From the NCBI GenBank assembly GCA_963786955.1, contig CAWBAT010000006.1, forward strand, positions 480,001 to 544,000: a stretch of 64,000 bases of DNA. Reading direction: 5' to 3'. The stretch comes from an uncultured Acidimicrobiia bacterium. Lineage in GTDB: Bacteria; Acidobacteriota; Terriglobia; Versatilivoradales; Versatilivoraceae. This document shows positions 32,821-44,080 of this stretch, piece after piece. The notes beneath the pieces were generated by a model that was not told the DNA's origin, did no database searches, and was given only the letters and a program-made list of their open reading frames with translations. Position 1 is the first letter of the stretch. The number at the start of each line of letters is the position of its first letter. The position numbers and the translations under genes are program-made.

Positions 32821-34474
32821 ATGACACATCGACTGTTCATCACGCAGAGTCCCGATCAATTAATTGCAGAGTCCGAAGTACCAGAGCGCCGTCTCAAGCG
32901 GACTCTGACCTCCTTTGATCTCACCATGCTCGGAATCGGCGCTGTGATTGGCGCTGGAATTTTCGCACTTACCGGAACTGCGGCAGCCGGGCAAAGCTAT
33001 CAGAGCCCCATCGATACACCGGTCGTCAATTTTATCGTGTCCTGGATATCGGGTGCGCCCTTGCACCTAGGACGATCCGGCGCAGGCCCGGCGATAGTCT
33101 TATCTTTCGTGTTGGCCGGCACGGCCTGTGCCTTTGCCGCCCTTTGCTACGCGGAGATGGCTTCTATGATCCCCGTATCGGGGAGCGCCTATACCTATTC
33201 CTATGCAACTTTGGGTGAATTCATTGCCTGGATCATTGGATGGGATCTCATCTTGGAATATGCCGTGGGGAACATAGCAGTCGCCGTAAGCTGGTCGGAT
33301 TTCTTCGTCAAACTTGCTTTACAGTTTGACGCAGATCAAGTTGCCGCTCTGGCTGGTCAAAGACTACGGGACCGCACACCAGTGGGTTGAGAAGGCTCAT
33401 CAACTGAGTTTGGCTCAGCAAGGTCAAATTTCACTCTCCCCGAGTGAACTGTCGGACTGCGCACAAGCGGCCGCTAACCTCGGAAACTATTCGAATGCCA
33501 CTCTCCCGCAACTTTTCGGGCATAGTATCGCGCTAAACCTTCCGGCATTATCGATCGTGGGTTTACTGACGGTACTCTTGGTTATTGGCATTCGAGAAAG
33601 CGCCCGTTTTAACAGTGCGGCCGTTGTGTTGAAGACATCGATTGTCGTTTTCTTCATTGCTTTTGGCGCCTTTTACGTGAATCCCGCCGCCAACTGGCAC
33701 CCTTTCATGCCCAATGGAATTACGGGGGTCATGGGAGGGGCTGCCATCGTTTTTTTTGCTTTTATTGGATTTGACGCCGTGTCCACCACAGCCGAAGAGA
33801 CCCGCAATCCTCAACGAGATCTTCCGATCGGCATGATCACATCGTTGATCGTTTGCACTATCCTTTATGTGGGTGTCGCCGCCGTTCTTACGGGAATGAA
33901 AAAATACACCACATTCGTTGACGACGCGGCCGCCATCGCGACTGCCGTCGAGGTCACTCGAAAACCTTGGGTCCAAGCGTTGATCGGGGCCGGAGCGCTG
34001 GCTGGATTGACATCTGTGTTACTCGTCTTTCAACTCGGGCAACCACGAATCTTCATGTCAATGGCTCGCGACGGTCTTCTCCCTAAATACTTCTCAAAAA
34101 TTCACCCGCGTTTTCGGACCCCTCACATCACGACCATCTGGACGGGCATTTTCGTCGGTTTTTCCGCGCTCATTATCGATATTGGATCGGCTGCAGAGCT
34201 CACCAACATCGGCACACTCTTTGCTTTCATTCTCGTTTCGGCTGGCGTCATTGTCCTGAGGCATACGGCCCCTGAGCGAAAGAGACCTTTCAAAATCCCC
34301 TGGGTACCCTTTCTACCCATATGCGGAATCTTTTTTTGTCTTCTTTTGATGATGAGCTTACCTGTCTTAACCTGGATTCGTTTTTTTGTCTGGTTGGGAA
34401 TAGGTTTTGGAGTTTACTTTCTGTACGGATATCGCCACAGCTGCCTGGCAAGAAGCAACGAGAGGTTGACGTGA
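32821..34474 (+). CDS. APC-family amino acid permease (frameshift near 33315)
   Basis: GIGAVIGAGIF, CYAEMASMIPVSGSAYTY, IIGWDLILEY, FFAFIGFDAVST and PRIFMSMARDGLLP. Confidence 0.93.
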
Positions 34475-34689
34475 TCGAGGAACACGGGATGAAATTAACC
34501 AACTACAAGAGGATATGCCCGCAGATGAACGGAGACGAACTCGGATTGGGGTTAATTTTCAACCATCGGGGACCAGAAAGAAAGCCGGGAGTTCTATCGG
34601 TAGAAAAAACTCTAGAGGTAATGATTGGCTAGCAGAATCCAGCCTTTAGTGTAGTCTGGCTAAGAATTATCGGTGAAACAGGCCCCCTC

Positions 34690-36797
34690 TTACTCTTTTT
34701 CGTGGACAAACTCATGGAGCATTGCAAGAAAAGCTCCATCTCCCGTTCGCTCCCCTGGTTGACTTCCGTCATTAATGACTCCATATACAATGAATGGATT
34801 GTTCCCTGATCTGAGCGTGATGTGGGCATATCCCTGGCTGGTCCCCGGTGCATATTGCGCCAGGATCGTTCCGATCTGTGTCCAGCTTCCCGGCGCTCAA
34901 AGGGGTCGCTATTTGTGATGCTTCCTACCTGCCCTCCAGTATTACCGTCAAATAGATCGATTTGAAAGGTGCTGCTACTCCCGTCTTGCTCGCCTGTGTT
35001 GACCAAGGCGAGATTAGACCGACTTTCTGAATCCTGTTGCAGATCGTAAATCCAGGCCGAGCTTGTTGAGGCAAAGCCGTTTGGCACACTGGAATAAAAG
35101 AGGCCATAGCGACCTCCTCCGCCCGGCGTGGAGGTTCGGGCTGCAAGTGAGACACCGCTCAAATTACCGCTCCCGATAGACACAAACAAAGAGCCGGCAA
35201 AAGCGGCTCCTTTGGCCCAATTCCAGCGACGTTTTGAGTTCTCAAATACTGGACAAACTCTGGAATGATCAACTGCTCTCCAGGGTTGAGGCTGATCTGA
35301 AAATGAGCAGTCGCATCGCGTTGTTTGAATGCCATTACCAACAAACCGGCAATCGAGAGTTTTTTGCTGGATGACCAATTTGTCGCCACGATCTCACTAC
35401 TAAAAGCACTGTTCTCAACGAGTACCGGCAAGGTCAACTGGGTCTTCCCCGCCAAGGAGCTATCCAAAATGGGCAGGAATGAAAGAGCCGTCTGAGTTGG
35501 ACTGATCATTGATTACTCCATACGCAAAATAGGGGGCCGGTCCAGTTATCCTTTCCACCCGGACATAGCCGTTGACTAGGGAAACACTTCCCAGAATTCC
35601 GGAAATTTGCTGAAAATCTCCCGGATGCAACACAATATCGGAAAGCTGACTGACTTTAGGATTTGCCACATCCCCAGAAAATACTGTCACCTGCAGAGTA
35701 ATATCTCCGTCCGAGGAACTCCCAACATTTTGAACGGCGACATTGGAACGGTCCGTACTGTTTTGGCGGAGGCCAGAAATATAGGCCGGGGTTGTCAAGC
35801 CTTGGCTAATTGGAATACCGGCATAAGCGAGACCGGCTCTTCCGCCAGGCGCAATGGTCGTAGTTCTAACGGAGACCGCACCGTCAGATGCAGCCGAAAG
35901 ACCAGTGAAATTCACCCTCAACGTTCCACCCTGGCTTCCGGAAGTGGGAATCGCCAGCCCTAGGGTTCTCAGGTAAGCAATGGTGTCTTTGACAATGCGC
36001 TGTTGTCCCGTACCGAGAGAATCCGTTACGGTGCCACTGCCCTGGCCAAAAGCCGCGGTGTACACAAATTCCACAGTCGCACTGAAGGTCCCCCTATTCG
36101 TCACAGACATCTCCGAACTAAAGAACGAACCATTGAGCCCTGCAACTGACAAAACGATGGGGACAAAAATGGATTCTGAAATGCTTCCGGAGACACCATA
36201 GATGGCCTGGACCCCATTGATATCATCCGTCTGTGGATCAATAATCGTCGATCCAGGGGTTACGGCCGTTCCCATGATAGCGGGCACATCATCTTCGTGG
36301 TCAAGGCCCAGGCAATGCCCCAATTCGTGCAGAGCGACCCGCTGAAAATCAGCTTTATCCGCAAAGCTATCGCTATTCCAAGGGTCATCATAAACGGCCC
36401 AAGTGTACTTGGTATTAAAAAGAACCCCGGCTTGCGTAAGAATCTTGTTACTCGTGAACCACCTCCTTGCGATGCCCAAGGTCGTGGCTCCCCACGCGTC
36501 CCCACAAACAGTGTCACTAAACTTAGTGCCATTCTTGGCTCCGCTACCTGGATTAGAGCAAGGGTCCCAAGCGGTGGTTCCAGCAACGCTGTACTTAAAA
36601 ATAGTATTATTGGTCCATTTGGCCATGGCGTTGGTGAATGGCGTATCCCAATCCCCGCTGGGGCCGTCAGCGACATGTACATAGAAAGAGGCAGAAGGGC
36701 CAGGCCATTTTTTCCCACTAAGAACATAGCCATGGCTAGTCCCCACCATAAAACAAATCGAAAGGGCGGCGGTGAAGCCCCAAGTGAACTTTTTCAT
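34690..36797 (-). CDS. Secreted matrixin (M10-like metzincin) with C-terminal beta-sandwich repeats (frameshifted in the 3' third)
   Basis: Signal peptide, HELGHCLGLDH zinc motif, Met-turn AIMG and DDINGVQAIYG. The C-terminal repeats end in YGVIND..DGSF and YGVIND..DGAF. Confidence 0.85.
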
Positions 36798-37462
36798 GGT
36801 TGCCCCTTGTTGATCTCAAGCAGTCTCAACTTAAATTCCTTCAGACTCATTCCCTTATCTCTGGAGTCTTCCGAGATTACGACTCCCTTGGCAACGCCTT
36901 CTCTTAAAGCCTGAATTCTCTTGGGCCCAGCGGAATCGATTCCGACAATTCGCAATTGATTTCGAGTTCTGACTCGCTGCACTCCGTCCCCATCGGCCGT
37001 GATGACAAAGTGCCCTTGGTCCCAACCATAAAAGGGATGCACTTGCCTGTGCTGCAAGGTCTCCACAAAATAGACCCCTTTCTCTCCGAAGACGGGCAGA
37101 TGCATGTCTGAAATTTCCAAGGTAAGGCCGCCAGCAGTGCCTCCAAGAAAACTCAATTCGATCTTCGATTGGGGGTACTTCCCTTTGATTAGATCGAGAA
37201 TCTGGAAGGTCACGAAAGTATGAATACCGCTGTTATCCGGATCGAGCTTTGAGATGACTTCGACTACCTGGCCTTCAAAGACCAGTTCGGACGCAGCCAT
37301 CATTTCATTGATTGTCGTCTGTCGAACGCTTGCAGCGAAACTGCCCGTGCAGTAGAAAATTATGAAGAAGAGAATGGCCAGACAGGCTCGTTGAGATCCA
37401 GGCGAACAGGCGCTTTTCCCATGACGAGGAAATTGCGTTTTGATCCATGAGGGTGGGTTCAT
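36794..37462 (-). CDS. Secreted hypothetical protein, OB-fold/NTR(TIMP)-like, translationally coupled to the matrixin
   Basis: Signal peptide, then ASELVFEGQVV..HTFVTFQILDLIKG..FLGG..GEKGVYFV. ATGA overlap with the matrixin start. Confidence 0.6.
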   Translation of the reverse strand: MNPPSWIKTQFPRHGKSACSPGSQRACLAILFFIIFYCTGSFAASVRQTTINEMMAASELVFEGQVVEVISKLDPDNSGIHTFVTFQILDLIKGKYPQSKIELSFLGGTAGGLTLEISDMHLPVFGEKGVYFVETLQHRQVHPFYGWDQGHFVITADGDGVQRVRTRNQLRIVGIDSAGPKRIQALREGVAKGVVISEDSRDKGMSLKEFKLRLLEINKGQP

Positions 37463-37756
37463 AGCTCCAATCTCCCTTTGAGGCCGATCGCGTCGGCTTT
37501 CAAAGAAACCGCATGAAATGATCACGCAGTCTGCTTCTCAATTGAAAATGGTAGGGTTCAATGGTTCTCTAGGAATGCTTCTACTCATTTCCCAGGAAAA
37601 ATCAACAATTTCCAAAAATATTATTGAGAGGAACGAGGTGTTTCGTCTTTTTATGGAGGCCGTTTGCATTCTAGTCTATCTTATAAAAACTGGGTGGGAG
37701 AACCGCATGGGGGGAACGATTGGGATAACGGTCGAGCGATTCAGAGGATGCCATGC

Positions 37757-39874
37757 CTATCGTTGCGGTCTGAAGGGAATCCCAAACATGGCCTGGACTT
37801 CGACAGGGTTTTCTCCCTGCATAGCAGGTTTAAACTTCCACTGTTTCAAGGCTTCTAGGGCACGCTGATCGAGAACGGGGTTCAGACTACGAATCACGCG
37901 AATCTTATCAACCCCTCCATCCTTGCGAATCACCGCATAAAGAACGACCAATCCTCTTAGTTTCGAAAGTTCTTCGTCTTCCGATCGTCCCGGATCGACT
38001 TTTCGAAGCGGTCTGGGTTGAATCAGAGCGTCTCCAGCAGCGAGTAAGACTTGTGAGCCCATCGTCTTCGAATTGGCTGAGACCTTGGCAGTCGCTGAAT
38101 TATTCTCAGCCATTTCCGAAAACTGCATGGTCCAGCGTCCCGCAGGCATGGGGATGAAAACGGTATAATTACGTTTCCCAGAAAGGACTCCATAGACTCC
38201 AAGGCCTGCCCCTCCCGTGCGCCCTTCGAGGACTGTGATGTTATAGGATTCTCCGGGATCTTCAATTGTTTCCATCTCGGTAAAACCACCTGGCGCGCGG
38301 GGCCGTTTGCCCGGGCCGGCTATCCCTGCCCCTCCCGTATTTGAGCCACCCTTGATCGAAAGTCCGGGAACCTGGATTGAGGCGATATTTCCTCCTCCGC
38401 CGTATCCACTGCCTGTTCCGCCCGTTCCCCCTCCACCCGGTACACCGCCCCCAAGAGTTCCGCCCTCCTCCCCATCCGGGGACCCCTCCCGATTGCCTTC
38501 AGGAGAAATGGAAAAACCACCCGTCTTGTTTCCTGGTGGGACTTTCAGCCCTCCCGGACCCGGAAGCCCGGGGTTCGCACTGAGCACGACTAAGTTGTGC
38601 AGTTGATCGGAATCTCCCCCGATCGGAGCATTTACCAGCGGGCCTGGATTTCCCGCATCTGAAGCAATGGCCCACTCCGCCGAAGATCCGACGGGAACAA
38701 CAAGCTTCGCCTGCATATTGACAACTTCTGTCTTGGCAATACGCAGCTCTGAAAGATTCTGATCAATATTCTTAAGTTCCGCATCTGGAGGCCGTAGCTG
38801 TGGTACAGCAGCTTGCGGATTAGGAGTTAGAAGAGGGTTCAGCTTCTTGTGGGCAATTTCAATCGATTCCAGCTTGCTTTCCGGGACATTCCAAACCACC
38901 ATATTCGGCACTTTGACTTCCTGTTTGATCTGAACTTTCGGTGTACTCGGCTGGACGATTGTCTGGGTTTTGTTGTCCGCTTCTCGAGGTGAAGATTGGA
39001 TCGTTTGAGTCGGGTGGAAGGAAGTGCTTCCTTTTGGAGGCCTGAGTTTTGGCTTAGTGCCTGCCGGGTCCTTAGGACCGTCACTCGACGACTTCATGGC
39101 CGGGAGCATGTCCGACGGTTTGTAGTAGGTTATCTGGTAATGGCGTTCCAAATCGCTTTTGGTCAACCGCAGTGGTTGGCTGAAGGAGACTCCGGAAAGA
39201 CCCCATATCAGGTAAACTACCATGACGTGGAGAAACACTGATGCCATCACGGGCCGAGTCGGATAACCACCTGGAGCCCAAACGTCAGCGAGGATCTCAT
39301 CTGGGTCGAATCCTTCTTTAATTCTGATGGAAGTTAACAGGTTGTCAAGATCGTAATACTCACCATTGGGTGCATTTTGCTCCAAATTCACGTCTTCGGA
39401 GACGGCCATCCTTTCCTCGTCTTCGAAGAGGACCCTCTCATTCTCCCCTTCGGGAAGGGCCATCTTATTCTCCCCTTCAGAAAGGGCCAAAATGTTCTCG
39501 CCTTCAGAAAGGGCCAAAATATTCTCGCCTTCGGAAAGGGCCAAAACATTCTCGCCTTCGGAAAGGGCCAAAACATTCTCGCCTTCGGAAAGGGCCAAAA
39601 TGTTCTCGCCTTCGGAAAGGGCCAAAATATTCTCGCCTTCGGAGAGGGCTAAAACATTCTCGCCTTCGGGAAGGGCCATCCGGTTCTCGTCCTCGGAGAT
39701 GGCCAACTTATTCTCGTCTTCAGCGACGGCTATCGTATTGTCGTCCTCATCTTCGAAGGAGGCCGCTTTTTTTGAGGCCAGTACATTATTCCAATGTTTG
39801 GCACAATCTGGACAAATTTCTCGCCTAAATTGGTACCACTTCAGGTTACGGCTACAACTTTGACAGATGGCCAT
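37757..39874 (-). CDS. TonB-family energy transducer with an N-terminal Zn-ribbon and acidic tandem repeat
   Basis: CQSC..CPDC; TM helix with SVFLH; Pro/Gly-rich spacer; TonB C-terminal domain GLVVLYAVIRKDG..LDQRALEALKQWKFKPA. Confidence 0.85.
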   Translation of the reverse strand: MAICQSCSRNLKWYQFRREICPDCAKHWNNVLASKKAASFEDEDDNTIAVAEDENKLAISEDENRMALPEGENVLALSEGENILALSEGENILALSEGENVLALSEGENVLALSEGENILALSEGENILALSEGENKMALPEGENERVLFEDEERMAVSEDVNLEQNAPNGEYYDLDNLLTSIRIKEGFDPDEILADVWAPGGYPTRPVMASVFLHVMVVYLIWGLSGVSFSQPLRLTKSDLERHYQITYYKPSDMLPAMKSSSDGPKDPAGTKPKLRPPKGSTSFHPTQTIQSSPREADNKTQTIVQPSTPKVQIKQEVKVPNMVVWNVPESKLESIEIAHKKLNPLLTPNPQAAVPQLRPPDAELKNIDQNLSELRIAKTEVVNMQAKLVVPVGSSAEWAIASDAGNPGPLVNAPIGGDSDQLHNLVVLSANPGLPGPGGLKVPPGNKTGGFSISPEGNREGSPDGEEGGTLGGGVPGGGGTGGTGSGYGGGGNIASIQVPGLSIKGGSNTGGAGIAGPGKRPRAPGGFTEMETIEDPGESYNITVLEGRTGGAGLGVYGVLSGKRNYTVFIPMPAGRWTMQFSEMAENNSATAKVSANSKTMGSQVLLAAGDALIQPRPLRKVDPGRSEDEELSKLRGLVVLYAVIRKDGGVDKIRVIRSLNPVLDQRALEALKQWKFKPAMQGENPVEVQAMFGIPFRPQR
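39380..39730 (-). repeat. Intragenic 27-bp tandem repeat (9 aa, ALSEGEN[IV]L), about 13 units of which about 9 are near-identical
   Basis: Unit TTCTCGCCTTCGGAAAGGGCCAAAACA repeated on the + strand. Confidence 0.95.
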
Positions 39875-40040
39875 CGTTTAATAATCCCGTTCGTTTTAGA
39901 AGGGAAAGGTCTCCCCTCTTATTCTTTCATTCCATTAACTTGCAATTAAATTCAAAGAAAAAACACGTTGTATTCTTCGGCGCGTGAGTGGTTTTCCCTT
40001 ATTGAAAAGTTTCTTTGGTAACATAGCGGCAAATTGACAA

Positions 40041-40056
40041 TGCAAGTATTGTTCCT
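40041..40056 (-). promoter_or_regulatory. Putative sigma-54 promoter upstream of the TonB gene
   Basis: The minus strand reads AGGAACAATACTTGCA (GG-N10-GC with TTGC), about 165 nt upstream of the start. Confidence 0.45.
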
Positions 40057-40749
40057 CAACAAGGCTTTCTATCGATTTTCATTAGCATTTTGTGGGGACA
40101 ATCTGAATTTTAGGCCCAAATGAATCAATTTGTCAACGCTTTAGGGCTAGAACATGTCTTGAATTTTCAGTAAAATAGCTCCCAAACTCTAGAAAGTGGC
40201 TGGATTCTTCATGGATCTTAGATATTTTGTTATGGATGCCGCGACTCTCACCTTTGGCAGTTCAGCAATTGTGCCCGAACGTGCCTGGAACTCTATTTAT
40301 TGCTTTGAGTTACGATTTTATCACTTGCAGGACAATTATAGAGCAGAATTCTCTCAAAAGGTTTATTGAAGAGTACCGGCCTCCTTCGGGTAAGAATTCA
40401 TGGATCAATCCATGTGGATGTAACAATGTAAACAAGAAATGAAAAATTTACACACTTTTGCTGTTAACCACTTTCCTCCTTCTCGATGCAAAAGGGAAAA
40501 ATATTGGGATATTTCTGGAAAAGATATACCATTTTGGGTAATCGTGTCTCTAATTTGATTTTTCTGCTCTCTTTATCAGTTTTGGAAACCAGAAAAGAAG
40601 CCTGACGGTATATTATCTGCCATACAGGCTGGATAAAACTCGGGGATAGGATTAAGATTGCGGGCAGTTGAATCGTTTCGTATATTTAGAATTGCTTCCT
40701 TCGAGCAAAAACCTAATTGGAAACATCCATTTAAAAAGAGGCTATCACA

Positions 40750-41181
40750 ATGCAAACTCTAGACTTGTTCATGCGCTGGCTCCATATATTTTCGGTTATT
40801 ACCGCCGTTGGATCGGCTATTTTCATGCTATTTGTCCTACTCCCTTCCCTGGCCAGTCTCCGCAACGAGGATAAAGCAACTATCTCAAAAAACATCACAG
40901 ATCGGGCACGCATTTGGATTCACATCGCTATCACGGGAATCCTCATTTCTGGACTCTACAACCTGCACAAGGTTTGGTCCAAGACTGTTTTTCCCTACGG
41001 ATTCATTTTCATGCTTAAGCTCGTCTTGGCCTTGGTTGTCTTTATGGTGGCCATTCTGCTCACCTCCTCTTCTCCGCAAAGAGCCGCTTTTCAGGCAAAC
41101 CGGAAGACATGGCTGACCCTGAATGTCGGGCTGGCAGCGATCATCGTGGCATTATCTGCTTTCCTTCGCTTTTTACACTAA
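40750..41181 (+). CDS. Four-TM membrane protein (CopD-like)
   Basis: RWLHIFS..VGSAIFM, ILISGLYN and KLVLALVVF. Confidence 0.6.
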   Translation: MQTLDLFMRWLHIFSVITAVGSAIFMLFVLLPSLASLRNEDKATISKNITDRARIWIHIAITGILISGLYNLHKVWSKTVFPYGFIFMLKLVLALVVFMVAILLTSSSPQRAAFQANRKTWLTLNVGLAAIIVALSAFLRFLH

Positions 41182-41293
41182 AGCGAATTGCCTCTAAAGT
41201 TTGGCAACCGCACGAACGAAACAAGGGAGTAGGACTAGAGGCCTGGGGCTAATATTTCATCGGACTATTCTCCATCCAACACTCAGGACGACA

Positions 41294-42055
41294 ATGAGTT
41301 TCATCGATTTCGAAAAAGAAAAACATGTTGCCAGGATTACCTTGAACCGTCCTCCCCTCAATGCGATGAACATTGAGATGATGAAAGAGATCGGGGATGC
41401 TCTCGATTCCCTTTATAACGAGGACCACATCAAGATCATCATTATCGCTTCCGCTTGCAAGGTGTTCAGCGCTGGAGTCGACATGACCGATCATGCTCCT
41501 CAAAAAGTTTTTCAGTTATTAGAAGCGTTTCATCGCATTTTTCTGACACTGGGAGATATTGGAAAACCGACAATTGCCGCCGTCAATGGCCCGGCCCTCG
41601 GAGCGGGGTGCGAGCTAGCCACTTTCTGTGACCTCGTCGTGGCCTCTGAAACTGCAAAATTTGGGCAACCTGAACTGAAAGTGGGAGTTTTCCCCTCTGT
41701 TGCCACAGTTCTTTTTCCCTACCTAGTTGGGAAGAAGAAAGCCATGGAATTGATACTCACGTCAGACACCATAGGCGCCCAGGAGGCACTGTCTTTGGGA
41801 CTTGTGAATAGCGTCGTCCCACCAGAAAAGCTCAATGCCACTGTCGAAGAACTGGCTTCAAAAATCACAACGAGTAGCGCGGCCGTGCTTCAAATCATGA
41901 AGAGAGCTATGCTGTCCGGGGAAGGGCTTAATTTCTCAAAAGCCCTAAAGATCTCAGAGGACTTCTACCTGAACCAACTTATGGCCCTGGAAGATACTAA
42001 CGAAGGCCTTCAGGCTTTCATCGAACGTCGTACCCCTATCTGGAAAGACAAATAG
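41294..42055 (+). CDS. Enoyl-CoA hydratase/isomerase
   Basis: ITLNRPPLNA, FSAGVD, PTIAAVNGPALGAGCEL, FGQPE and EGLQAFIERRTP. Confidence 0.93.
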   Translation: MSFIDFEKEKHVARITLNRPPLNAMNIEMMKEIGDALDSLYNEDHIKIIIIASACKVFSAGVDMTDHAPQKVFQLLEAFHRIFLTLGDIGKPTIAAVNGPALGAGCELATFCDLVVASETAKFGQPELKVGVFPSVATVLFPYLVGKKKAMELILTSDTIGAQEALSLGLVNSVVPPEKLNATVEELASKITTSSAAVLQIMKRAMLSGEGLNFSKALKISEDFYLNQLMALEDTNEGLQAFIERRTPIWKDK

Positions 42056-42075
42056 TTAAAGACTCCAAGCCCGTG

Positions 42076-42375
42076 TTGTAGCCGGCCTCGCTGAGACCGG
42101 TACTTTTCCGGGGCCAGCGGCCCCGGCGACAATGATTAGGCTACTTCAGGCCATAACAATAAACCTGGATGCGCCTGTCGCCATCTAGTAGGCGTTGTCT
42201 GCCCTCCAGCCTTGTCCTATCCCATCGTTGGTAGCCACGATTGACCGACGTATTTTGCCGGTCAATCGTGGATCCTAAGTACTGCTTTTCATAAATACGG
42301 TAACGTTAACGCCGGGTCGGTGACCAGGCCTACAACTTTGTAGGCCGTTGAGGCTTTCTCAAAGCCTCAACCCCA
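42076..42375. repeat. Cluster of GTAG-type REP palindromes
   Basis: GTAGCCGGCCTCGCTGAGACCGG..CCGGGGCCAGCGGCCCCGGCGAC; GTAGCCACGATTGACCG..CGGTCAATCGTGG; GGCCTACAACTTTGTAGGCC; GTTGAGGCTTTCTCAAAGCCTCAAC. Confidence 0.7.
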
Positions 42376-42736
42376 CGCGGCGCCTATCTTAAGATATGTC
42401 ACCGCAATTACGAATAGCAGTACTAAGTTTTCCTTTGACAGAGTACCTGCACTGTTCTGAGGACCTACGCCTGGAGCCTAACGGCTCCGTCCCCTCCGGC
42501 GGAGGGGAATAAAGAAAAGTCCCCCTTGGAAGGGGCATGAAGGCTTGAGAAGCCTTCATGCCACAGGCTGTGGGGGGATGTCTTGGTCGCGGCAATCGAG
42601 GCTACCAGATTGAGAGGAGAATTCAGACATTCAGCGTTGTTTTGCCACCAGTTTCGAGAGGATTTTTTCTATTCTTTTGACTTAAGATTTCGGATTGAAT
42701 AAGAATGCTGCTATTAACGAGCAAGGTGGAGATGAA

Positions 42737-43942
42737 ATGATCGATTTCGAATTAACCGAAGATCATTGCAGTGTTGAGAGCCTGGTCAAGAATTTCGTCA
42801 CAAACGAAATATCCCCCACCATCGCAGAAAATGATATCAACCATTATTTCGATCGTTCGATTCTCAAAAAAATGGCCGATCTTGGTTTACTTGGGATCTC
42901 CATCCCTTCCACCTATGGCGGGGCCGGATTTGACTACATCAGCCTTGGTCTGGCCTGTGAGGAGCTGGAATTCGGAGACACGTCCCTGAGAGTGATCCTG
43001 TCAGTCCATCTTGGCTTGAACGGTTTAACGCTGCTGAGCTGGGGAACCGAAGACCAGAAACGGCGTTTTCTTATCCCTCAGTCAAAAGGACTGGAAATCG
43101 CCTCTTTCGGAATGACCGAACCCGACGCAGGCAGTGATGTTGTCGGGCTACAATCCACTGCCCGACGTGACGGGCAAGAATACATTCTCAACGGAGAAAA
43201 GACCTGGATTTCTCTGGCCGACGTTGCTGATAACTTCCTGGTCATCGCCTGGACTGATCTGGATAAGAAGAAAGACCGGGACCATTCCGGCTTGAGCGCA
43301 TTCATCGTGGAGAGAAGCAGGCCTGGCTTTGCCAGTGGAACGCTGAAACAGAAATGGGGAATTCGAGCCGGCAACACGGGTTTTTTCTCGATGAATGATG
43401 TCCGCATTCCGGCCTCTAACCGCGTCGGTGAAGAAGGGGAGGGATTCAAGATTGCCATGTTTGCCCTGGAGCAAGGCCGGTATACCGTGGCGGCGGGCGC
43501 TACCGGACTCATTAAGGCGTGCCTGGAAGCCAGTAAGAAATACGCACTGGAGAGAAAGGCTTTTGGCAAATCTATTTCCGAACATCAACTCGTTAAAGAG
43601 ATGATTGCCCAGATGGTTTTGGACTATGAGGCCTCCCGGCTCCTCTGGCTTCGTAGCGGGTGGATGAAAAACCTTGGACGGCAGAACAATCGGGAAACCT
43701 CCCTCGCTAAGTGGTATGCGACCGTTGCCTCTGAGCGCGCAGCCTCCGATGCAGTGCAAATTCATGGAGCCTATGGTTACTCTGATGAGTACCCTGTGGG
43801 ACGCTTTTATCGAAACTGCAAAGGCGCCGTGATTTACGAAGGAACACGGGAAATTCATAAACTATTACAGGCGGACTATGCCCTCGGCTACCGAAAGGAC
43901 AAACCACGACGTTGCGGCTTGCCGCCATTTGTGGAATCCTAA
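42737..43942 (+). CDS. Acyl-CoA dehydrogenase (glutaryl-CoA dehydrogenase-like)
   Basis: FGMTEPDAGSD, LNGEKTWIS, GEEGEGFKIAM, AVQIHGAYGY and IYEGTREI. Confidence 0.93.
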   Translation: MIDFELTEDHCSVESLVKNFVTNEISPTIAENDINHYFDRSILKKMADLGLLGISIPSTYGGAGFDYISLGLACEELEFGDTSLRVILSVHLGLNGLTLLSWGTEDQKRRFLIPQSKGLEIASFGMTEPDAGSDVVGLQSTARRDGQEYILNGEKTWISLADVADNFLVIAWTDLDKKKDRDHSGLSAFIVERSRPGFASGTLKQKWGIRAGNTGFFSMNDVRIPASNRVGEEGEGFKIAMFALEQGRYTVAAGATGLIKACLEASKKYALERKAFGKSISEHQLVKEMIAQMVLDYEASRLLWLRSGWMKNLGRQNNRETSLAKWYATVASERAASDAVQIHGAYGYSDEYPVGRFYRNCKGAVIYEGTREIHKLLQADYALGYRKDKPRRCGLPPFVES

Positions 43943-44080
43943 AACGTTCCGCCCGGCTGAAGGGGGGATTGTACTGTAATCCTGAGGGAGTCCTGCTGCA
44001 ACAAGAGAATCTGAATGGATTGAGGGTGCTCAATCGAAAGCCTCATCTTGTCAGCATTTGACGATCCTGGAATAACAACC

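Noticed and set aside
39380-39730. 27-bp repeats as a CRISPR array
   Set aside because: The units are contiguous with no unique spacers, lie in frame within a CDS, and have no cas genes nearby.
40426-40451. TGTAAA-N14-TTTACA inverted repeat as a TyrR-like box
   Set aside because: The spacing differs from TGTAAA-N6-TTTACA, and such a match is plausible by chance in this AT-rich spacer.
43148-43858. Long antisense ORFs (43148..43858, 23438..24043, 36297..36914, 5415..5951)
   Set aside because: They are shadows of well-supported genes on the opposite strand and have no recognisable motifs.
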